From positions 4,010-68,009 of IMG/VR virus record IMGVR_UViG_3300031760_000049: DNA of 64,000 nt, one strand, 5' to 3'. This DNA is from a virus. Its lineage: Duplodnaviria > Caudoviricetes. Numbering within the stretch: position 1 is the first letter of the stretch; each line of letters begins with the position of its first letter. This document shows positions 9,488-16,873 of the stretch, piece by piece. Both the position numbers and the translations under genes were made by a program. The notes beneath the pieces are model-generated. The model did no database searches, was not told the DNA's origin, and worked only from the letters and a program-made list of their open reading frames with translations.

Positions 9488-10529
9488 AGATTAATAACTG
9501 CCTGTTAAACCTTTTCCGTTTTATCAACGGGGTATATATACACCAAACAAATGGTATATATGCTAACGGGGGAGCCTAAACAGAAATGCATGGTAATCCC
9601 GTGGGAAAATAATTATTTAATCTCAATAATCTCCTAAAAGGAGATGATATATTTGATAATTTATAAAATAACAAATAATATAAATGGAAAAGTATATATT
9701 GGATTAACTACCTGTTCTTTAGAATATAGATGGGGAAGACATCTTACAGAAGGTAGAAATGAAAAGAATGAAAAACATTTATATAAATCTATGAGAAAAT
9801 ATGGATTAGAAAATTTCTCTATTGAACAAATTGATTCCACTAACAATTTTAAAGAATTAGGAGAATTAGAAAGAAAATATATTAAGCAATATGATTCTCA
9901 AAATCCTAATAAAGGATATAATTTAACTGCTGGTGGAGAGTCGAATCAATGGGATGCGAATCCCGCAGCAAAACTAACATATGACGAAGTAGTTCAAATT
10001 AGAGAAATTTATGCCATGGGAGAATTAAGACTTCAAGAATGTTGGGAAATGTTTAAAGATAAAATTTCTTATTCTGCATTTCAAAAAGTTTGGGATGGTA
10101 TTACATGGCAAGGAATAATGAATGAAGTTTATACGAAAGAAAATATTGAACTTCATAGTCATCAAAAAGCTAATCCAGGAAGTAAAAATGGTAATGCTAT
10201 ATTAACAGAAGAGCAAGTTTTAGAAGCAAGAAAATTCTATGTTAATCATACATTACAAGAAACTTTTGATAAATATGGACAAAATTATTCTAAAGATGGT
10301 TTTAGAGGAGTTTTAACAAGAACTTATTCTCATATTCCTATTTATCAAAAAATGAAAAAACAATGGATATTAAACAATGAGATTATTGATATAAATAATT
10401 ATAAACCTGTATCGACTATCTCCGAATCGGGAGAGTAAGATTGCTATTGATACGCAATTTGAAATGGGTTTTGCGAGTTTTTAACTCGTTAAGATATAGT
10501 CAGTCCCTATGGAAACATAGGAATCGACG
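9488..10529 (+). mobile_element. Group I intron 1 of nrdD (contains GIY-YIG homing endonuclease)
   Basis: The 5' exon ends in U and P1 is GGUAG/CUGCC with a U.G pair. P7 is GACUA 10414 / UAGUC 10497. The terminal nucleotide is G10529, and splicing restores the frame. Confidence 0.92.
9644..10438 (+). CDS. Intron-encoded GIY-YIG homing endonuclease
   Basis: IYKITNNINGKVYIG...RWGRH...E...GYN catalytic domain followed by two HTH-like repeats. The true start may be TTG 9653. Confidence 0.92.
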   Translation: MIYLIIYKITNNINGKVYIGLTTCSLEYRWGRHLTEGRNEKNEKHLYKSMRKYGLENFSIEQIDSTNNFKELGELERKYIKQYDSQNPNKGYNLTAGGESNQWDANPAAKLTYDEVVQIREIYAMGELRLQECWEMFKDKISYSAFQKVWDGITWQGIMNEVYTKENIELHSHQKANPGSKNGNAILTEEQVLEARKFYVNHTLQETFDKYGQNYSKDGFRGVLTRTYSHIPIYQKMKKQWILNNEIIDINNYKPVSTISESGE

Positions 10530-11210
10530 GGTGTATCAGCTACTCATCTTGATTGGACGATGGTTCCATATGTAAGAAAATCATTTCTTAAACATTATAT
10601 AGAATCATGGATTATAGATTCAGAGAAATTTAAAGATTTGAATCTAATGGATATGTTATTTGATGATTATATTGATGATTTTGGAATAGTACGTAATAAA
10701 TATGAAGATTGGGTTGATGAAAATAAATCTGAATTCTTTAAATTAACTGGTTTAACAGAAAAAGATTTTAGATTAGATAATAAAGATAATTTAAATCCTA
10801 AATATTATCAACAAGCTTTATATAAAACTATAAATGAAACTAAACAAGCCGTAGAGGGAATGTATCATAATCTTAATACATTACAAAGTAGATCAGGTAA
10901 CCAATTACCTTTTACATCTATCAATTATGGTACTTGTACATTACCGGAAGGTAGAATGATTATTAAAGTATTGCTTGAAGGTAGTATTAAAGGTGTAGGT
11001 AAATTTCATAAAACAAGTATTTTTCCTTGTGGTATTTTCCAATGTATGAAAGGTGTTAATCTTAAGCCAGGTGATGCTAACTATGATTTATTCCAATTAG
11101 CATTAAAATCTACTTCACAAAGAATGTATCCAAATTATGCAAATGTAGATTGGAGCGGCAATGCGGGATATGATCGAGATGATCCGAAAACCTATTTCTC
11201 GACAATGGGT
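10530..11210 (+). CDS. nrdD: NrdD exon 2
   Basis: GVSATHLDW...QAVEGMYHNLNT...SRSGNQLPFTSINYG...IFP...YPNY...STMG. Confidence 0.93.
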
Positions 11211-12074
11211 TTGTAAAACTACTAGCTCATTTAAAATCTTTTGAACCGTGCCAGCGGGTGTCTGTATTACAGTTATATTGAATTTGGCGATTCAATGGTA
11301 TTTTATTGTACAGGCTAACGGTTAGGTCTAGAACAGATGAGACCGTGCTAAGATTCATCATAATATTCACATAGGAGGAAATATGTGGATATATAAAATA
11401 ACAAATATTCAAAATAATAAAGTTTATATTGGACAAACAATTAGACCAATAGAACAAAGATTTAAAAGACACATTAATGATGCTTTAAATAATATATTAG
11501 ATACTCATTTTGCAAGAGCGATTAGAAAATATGGAAAAGAAAATTTTATAATAGAACAAATAGATACAGCTCAAACGCAAGATGAATTAAATCAAAAAGA
11601 ACGATATTGGATACAATATTATAATTCAGTTAATGAAGGATATAATGAAACAGATGCTATTTCCAAATGTGGCGGAAATACGTATCAATCAAAAACTAAA
11701 GAAGAAATGGAAGTTATTAAAGAAAAAATTCGACAAACAAAAATAGGCTCTAAAAATCCTATGGCGCGAAAAATTAAAAGAACAAATATAATTACTAATG
11801 AAATTGATGTTTTTGATACTGTAATTAGTTGTGCCAAAGCTTGTGGAATTAAGAATGGAAAAACTTCTATATCAGATAGATTAAATGGAAAAACAAAATC
11901 TCCATTTAAGAAAACTTGGATTTTTGAATATTATGATGAATAAAGTGTATCGACTATCCCTGATGAATGTAAGGGAGTAGGGTGAGAGATAGGCACTCAC
12001 TCGAAGCGGAAGACAACTCCACAATTGTGGAATGAAGATATAGTCAGCGCCTATGGGGACATGGGAATAACGCG
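11211..12074 (+). mobile_element. Group I intron 2 of nrdD (contains GIY-YIG homing endonuclease)
   Basis: It splits the catalytic MG|CRT motif. P1 is AUGGGU/GCUCAU, P7 is GACUA 11952 / UAGUC 12041, and the terminal nucleotide is G12074. Confidence 0.92.
11383..11943 (+). CDS. Intron-encoded GIY-YIG homing endonuclease with C-terminal NUMOD-like DNA-binding domain
   Basis: IYKITNIQNNKVYIGQT...RFKRH...E..W...GYN; C-terminal FDTVISCAK helix; RBS AGGAGG. Confidence 0.92.
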   Translation: MWIYKITNIQNNKVYIGQTIRPIEQRFKRHINDALNNILDTHFARAIRKYGKENFIIEQIDTAQTQDELNQKERYWIQYYNSVNEGYNETDAISKCGGNTYQSKTKEEMEVIKEKIRQTKIGSKNPMARKIKRTNIITNEIDVFDTVISCAKACGIKNGKTSISDRLNGKTKSPFKKTWIFEYYDE

Positions 12075-12566
12075 TGTAGAACTGCTAATGGATATGATAT
12101 TAATGGATTTGGTCTATTGAAAGATGGTCGTGGTAATATTGCACCATCAACTATTATTTTACCAACTCTTGCAATGGAAGCAAAAGAGAAATGTAAAGAT
12201 AATGAAATTAAACTTGTTGATACATTTATGGAAATTTTAGACCAAGCAATATCAGATTGTAAAGATGGTTTAATTGAAAGATTTGAACATATATGCTCAC
12301 AATCTGCAGATTCCGCGGCTTTCCAATATGAGAATGGAACTATGAAAGGATATATACCTGAAGAGGGTATCCGCTCCGCTTTAAAACATGGTACATTAGC
12401 TATTGGACAATTAGGATTAGCTGAAACGCTTCAGATTTTGATAGGGTGCGACCATAGTGAAGATAGAGGGATGGTGCTTGCACACAAGATAGAGCAATTA
12501 TTTGAAAAGCGTTGTAAGCAATTCAAAGAGAAATATAAATTGAATTTTGGTGTATATTATACTCCT
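12075..12566 (+). CDS. nrdD: NrdD exon 3
   Basis: CRTANG...GRGNIAPSTIILP...GTLAIGQLGLAE...NFGVYYTP. Confidence 0.93.
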
Positions 12567-12895
12567 AAACTACTCGGATTGGGAGTCGCATAAGTGATTA
12601 TGTGAAAAAAATAACCTCATTAAACGGGCAAGCGTAATAAGCTGGTAAGAAAGGCTAAACCAAAAAGGCAAGCTAATCCCGTAGGATAAAATTATCTTTT
12701 ACTGGACAGAGATGGTTTTGTTCTCTAACGACTATCGAAAGTATAGCTTAAGAGAAAAACTTAAGTGAATAAATGAGTAGAGTACAGTTATAATATAACT
12801 GGAAAGATGAGGCTCTTATTATTTGGTAATAGAATAATAAGATGATAATATAGTCTAAACCCCTTATAAATATCGGAAAACCGAGGGTAGAATTG
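12567..12895 (+). mobile_element. Group I intron 3 of nrdD (329 nt, no ORF)
   Basis: It splits TP|AE. P1 is ACUCCU/GGGAGU, P10 is CUCGG/CCGAG, P7 is GACUA 12730 / UAGUC 12851, and the terminal nucleotide is G12895. Confidence 0.92.
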
Positions 12896-13390
12896 GCCGA
12901 GAATTTATGTTATACAGCAATGAATAAATTCAAAATTCAATACGGAGAGTTAGAAAATATTTCAGACAAGGATTTCTTCACAAATAGTATGCACATACCA
13001 GTATGGAAGAAAATTAATCCGTTTGAGAAGATAGATTTAGAAAGTCAGTTAACAGGATATTCAAGCGCAGGATGTATTACTTATGTAGAATTTGATGCTT
13101 CTGCAAAAAAGAATTTAGAAGCACTTGAAGCAGTTGTAGTATATGCTATGGAACATGATATTCCATATTTTGCAATTAATGTGCCTATTGATACTTGTAT
13201 GGATTGCGGATATACAGATGACATTGGAAGTAATTGTCCACAATGCGGAAGTTCACGCATCCAACGTATTCGTAGAGTTACAGGTTATTTAACGGGTGAT
13301 TATAAAACTGCTTTTAATTACGGAAAAGTAAAAGAAACTGAAATGAGAGTAAAACATACAAAATTTATGAAGGAGATTGTTCATGAATGA
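12896..13390 (+). CDS. nrdD: NrdD exon 4
   Basis: AENLCY...FTNSMH...Zn ribbon CMDC...CPQC and the glycyl-radical motif RRVTGYL. Confidence 0.93.
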   Translation, partial: AENLCYTAMNKFKIQYGELENISDKDFFTNSMHIPVWKKINPFEKIDLESQLTGYSSAGCITYVEFDASAKKNLEALEAVVVYAMEHDIPYFAINVPIDTCMDCGYTDDIGSNCPQCGSSRIQRIRRVTGYLTGDYKTAFNYGKVKETEMRVKHTKFMKEIVHE

Positions 13391-13841
13391 ACTAATTGAT
13401 TATTCCTCAAAAGTGGAATCATTACCATTGTCAGAGGATGAAGAAAACAAAAAAGTAACTTTGGTAGATAAAGAAGGTAATGCCGCAAATATTGGGTTAG
13501 GTGATATGTATGAAGTTAATAAAAACTTAATGAAAAATGAACCGACTTTATCTAAAAGTAAAATTAGAGAAAAAATTACACAAATTGCGGCAGATACTCC
13601 ACATAATAATTATTATATGTTGCTATGTCGTGAATTAACAGATTATACTGTATTTATATATAATGATGATGTAGATGAATTTAAGGCGGCAATGAGAGAT
13701 TGCATTATAAACCGCGGATTTTGTAAAGGTATTGACAAACAAGAGGATGGCACTTGGGAAATTTGGATACAAACTGATAAAGATTCATTACCAAACGCAT
13801 ATTATTTCTTTAATTGTAACCAGTGCATCATCCCTTGTTAA
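13383..13841 (+). CDS. Hypothetical protein
   Basis: ORF with RBS AAGGAG before ATG 13383; translationally coupled to nrdD. Confidence 0.7.
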   Translation: MNELIDYSSKVESLPLSEDEENKKVTLVDKEGNAANIGLGDMYEVNKNLMKNEPTLSKSKIREKITQIAADTPHNNYYMLLCRELTDYTVFIYNDDVDEFKAAMRDCIINRGFCKGIDKQEDGTWEIWIQTDKDSLPNAYYFFNCNQCIIPC

Positions 13842-13853
13842 GGAGGTGAACAA

Positions 13854-14120
13854 ATGACAGTTCATATTAAGTTAAATATGGGTGCAATGTTCCAAAATGC
13901 TATGGTAATAGATGGTCAGCAATATGTTGATAATTTTGATTTTACTATAGATAATATAGATGAAAAAATTATGGAGTATTGTAATGCTCATCCTACTGTA
14001 TCAGAGATTATATTATATGGTACTGAAGAGATGCTAACTAAATTCAAGCATGATATTGAATCTAAAAATTTAGTAAATTATATGAATAAACCAATTCAAG
14101 TGATAATAAAAGGAGAATAA
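13854..14120 (+). CDS. Hypothetical protein
   Basis: 88-aa ORF with RBS AGGAGGT, within the operon. Confidence 0.7.
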   Translation: MTVHIKLNMGAMFQNAMVIDGQQYVDNFDFTIDNIDEKIMEYCNAHPTVSEIILYGTEEMLTKFKHDIESKNLVNYMNKPIQVIIKGE

Positions 14121-14121
14121 A

Positions 14122-14415
14122 ATGAAAAGATATTTAACAAAAGTAACAGAAGTATATAGATTATCAACAGAAAAGGAAGCAGAGGCTTTTTTACAAGAAC
14201 TAAAATCCAGTACAGAGTTTGAACTTGCTAAATATACAAGTATAAGAAAACAACGCAAAGAAAAAAAAGAAATTGTTGATGAGTGGATTCATTTTGAAGT
14301 AACTAAAATATTCAATGATGAAAAAGAACCCAACTGTTTAATTGGCGTTAACTATGATATTGATAGTTATATTGGACCATCAGATTATGCGGAGGTTGAA
14401 GAAAATGAATATTAA
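14122..14415 (+). CDS. Hypothetical protein
   Basis: 97-aa ORF with RBS AAGGAG, within the operon. Confidence 0.7.
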   Translation: MKRYLTKVTEVYRLSTEKEAEAFLQELKSSTEFELAKYTSIRKQRKEKKEIVDEWIHFEVTKIFNDEKEPNCLIGVNYDIDSYIGPSDYAEVEENEY

Positions 14416-14638
14416 AATGAAATTTTTAAATGATACAGCTCAAGAACCAACACGTGGAAGTGAATATGCGGCTGGCTATGATTTATATGCGTGTGAGGAT
14501 GCTTTAATCCCCGCACATGAAACTCGTAAAATTGGTACAGGATTAGCATTTGAATTGCCTAAAGATACTTTTGCAGCTATCTTCGCTCGTAGCGGACTTG
14601 CTACAAAACGTGGATTAAGACCAGCAAATTGTGTCGGT
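14405..14638 (+). CDS. dut: Trimeric dUTPase, exon 1 of 2 (spliced product 143 aa)
   Basis: AGYDL (motif 1) and ARSGLA (motif 2); ends ANCVG; RBS GGAGGT upstream of ATG 14405. Confidence 0.92.
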
Positions 14639-15781
14639 GAATAATCATAACAATTATTGATTACTCTGGAGTAAAATTGATTATTTTGGTGAATATAAAA
14701 TTCATATATAATAAACTAGAAAGGGGAATTTTATATGGCTAGAAAATCAATCGATTGGGGTACTGATGAAGATTTTATACAAAAATATGAAGAATTAAAA
14801 AGCTCAAGAAAAATGGGAGAATTTTATAAATGTGATAAATCATCAGTACTAAATCATGCTAAAAAAATAGGCTATGATGTAAATTCAAATAAACAATATA
14901 AATTATCAGATGCGGATAAAAAAGTAATTATTCAAAGTTATAGTACAAAAACATCCACCCAATTAGCACAGGAATTTAATGTATCACGAGGTATGATTAC
15001 TAAAATATGGTATGACAATCATTTAAGTGGTAAAGAAAAAACTTTTATTTCACACAAGAATGACTTAACTAATCGAGTATTTGGTAAATGGACGGTAATT
15101 AAACCTACCGATAAAAGAAGCTCTAACGGCGGCATTTATTGGCATTGCGTTTGTGAGTGCGGAAGGGAAAGGGATGTTTTAGCTCAATCTTTACTATCTA
15201 ATAAGAGCTTATCTTGTGGAGAGCATGCTAATATTTCAAAAGGTAATGCAAAAATTATAGAAATTTTAAATCATCATAATATTAAATATGAAGTAGAAAA
15301 AAAATTCTCAAGTTGTAAGGATAAACGTGAATTACCTTTTGATTTTTATATTGAAAACAATTATTTAATTGAATATGACGGACAGCAACACTTTGATAAA
15401 AATAGTATTTTTGATTATGAGTATACTCATAGGCACGATATAATCAAAAATCAATGGTGTGCAGATAATAATATTACTTTAATTAGAATTCCTTATACCC
15501 ATTATGATAATTTATGTTTACAAGATTTATTACCAGAGACAAGTCAATTTATAAAAAATATACGCCGACAATAAACCGCGGAATTAAGCTGGAACCCTAA
15601 GTCATAAGATATGGGAATCAGAACCGAAGGCTAATTTAAGATTAGTCAGGGGCAACGCATAGATGGTGAAAAGATATAATCCATCCACGAGGCCGCGGCA
15701 CCTAAAATGGTGAAAAGATATGCTGAACTTATAGAAAACTATAAGAAGTAAAAGATAAAAAGCTTTTACGATAACAAATTG
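14639..15781 (+). mobile_element. Group I intron in dut (contains a VSR-like/EDxHD-type endonuclease ORF)
   Basis: The exon ends in U and the intron ends in G15781; the splice restores VG|VCDADYRGE. P3 is CCGCGG 15576/15693 and P7 is GCAUA 15657 / UAUGC 15719. P1 could not be drawn cleanly. Confidence 0.85.
14735..15574 (+). CDS. Intron-encoded putative homing endonuclease (VSR-like/DUF559 PD-(D/E)xK domain)
   Basis: N-terminal HTH-like repeats, a DLT..FGKWTV...CVCECG...SCG Zn module, and C-terminal LPFDFY...IEYDGQQH...LIRIPY. Confidence 0.8.
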   Translation: MARKSIDWGTDEDFIQKYEELKSSRKMGEFYKCDKSSVLNHAKKIGYDVNSNKQYKLSDADKKVIIQSYSTKTSTQLAQEFNVSRGMITKIWYDNHLSGKEKTFISHKNDLTNRVFGKWTVIKPTDKRSSNGGIYWHCVCECGRERDVLAQSLLSNKSLSCGEHANISKGNAKIIEILNHHNIKYEVEKKFSSCKDKRELPFDFYIENNYLIEYDGQQHFDKNSIFDYEYTHRHDIIKNQWCADNNITLIRIPYTHYDNLCLQDLLPETSQFIKNIRRQ

Positions 15782-15979
15782 GTATGTGATGCAGATTATC
15801 GTGGAGAGTATATTGTAGCTTTACATAATGATACAGACCACGATGTTAGCATTAGTAAGGGTGAAAGAATTGCGCAAATGGTTCTTATGCCTTTTATTCC
15901 AATGGAATTTGAGAAAGTAACTGAGCTAAGTGACACTGTTCGAGGTGAAAATGGCTTTGGTTCTACTGGTACTAACTAA
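15782..15979 (+). CDS. dut: dUTPase exon 2
   Basis: DADYRGE (motif 3), RIAQ (motif 4) and RGENGFGSTG (motif 5). Confidence 0.92.
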   Translation, partial: VCDADYRGEYIVALHNDTDHDVSISKGERIAQMVLMPFIPMEFEKVTELSDTVRGENGFGSTGTN

Positions 15980-16047
15980 AAGTCCACTGGCAAGTTGGCG
16001 ACCGCCTCTCAAAACAAAAATGGATTTGGAATTTTTTCAAGCAAAAC

Positions 16048-16076
16048 TTGACTACAGTGAAAATTTTTGATATACT
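16048..16076 (+). promoter_or_regulatory. sigma-A/70-type promoter
   Basis: TTGACT-17 nt-TATACT with extended TG. Confidence 0.75.
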
Positions 16077-16100
16077 AAAGCCATAAGGAGGAGTAAACTT

Positions 16101-16610
16101 ATGGCTTTTATTTTAGCTATTGATGCCAGTACTAAAAGTACGGGAATTGCTTTATTTGAAGATACTAAATTAGTAAATACGTATTTAGCTACAGCATCTT
16201 CATCAGATGTAATTAAAAGAATACAAAAAATTATTGAACAATTAAAACCATTTCTAGTAAATTATAAAATAGATACAATTATTCTTGAGGAAGTCCGCCC
16301 TATTACAGATAAAACCCGCAAACAAAATATTCAAACGCATAGAGTCTTAATGTGGTTGCAGGCGGCAATTAATTTCCTTGTGCATGAAATATCCCCAAAA
16401 ACTAAGATTGAGTATGCTTACCCTAGTGAGTGGCGTGCTAAATGTGGAATTAAAAATGGTCGTGGAATAACAAGAGAAAAAGAAAAAGCATATGATATTG
16501 CTTTTGTTAAAAAAGAATATGGTATAGATGTAAATGACGATATTGCGGATGCTATTGGCATAGGTCATGCTTTTGTTAATCATTTAGATAATGAAATAAA
16601 TTGGGGATAA
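16101..16610 (+). CDS. RuvC-like Holliday junction resolvase
   Basis: RNase H-fold acidic residues in ILAIDASTKSTG, IILEE and NDDIADAIGIG. Confidence 0.85.
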   Translation: MAFILAIDASTKSTGIALFEDTKLVNTYLATASSSDVIKRIQKIIEQLKPFLVNYKIDTIILEEVRPITDKTRKQNIQTHRVLMWLQAAINFLVHEISPKTKIEYAYPSEWRAKCGIKNGRGITREKEKAYDIAFVKKEYGIDVNDDIADAIGIGHAFVNHLDNEINWG

Positions 16611-16615
16611 AAAAT

Positions 16616-16640
16616 GGGAGGTTATTAAAAATAACCTCCC
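16616..16640. terminator. Intrinsic terminator (probably bidirectional)
   Basis: Perfect 11-bp stem GGGAGGTTATT-AAA-AATAACCTCCC flanked by A and T runs. Confidence 0.85.
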
Positions 16641-16841
16641 TTATTTTTATTAAAATTTTTATTAATCACGTAGATAATCTTATTTTTATAAAATTCTAAT
16701 AAATTAACCAATAATTCTTCTTATTCAAAAATTAATTTTTATACTACGTAAAAAATTATAATATAAAATAACAATTTATATTAGATATATCATAATTTTA
16801 TATAAACTCTTTTTTATGATAAGAGTTTTAGACATAAAAAA

Positions 16842-16861
16842 TAGGTAGCCGTAGCTACCTA
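16842..16861 (-). terminator. Intrinsic terminator of the morphogenesis transcript
   Basis: TAGGTAGC-CGTA-GCTACCTA followed by a T run on the minus strand. Confidence 0.75.
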
Positions 16862-16873
16862 ATATTGAAAAAA

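Noticed and set aside
14342-14404. Upstream start for dUTPase given in the ORF track
   Set aside because: It overlaps the previous gene; RBS GGAGGT supports ATG 14405.
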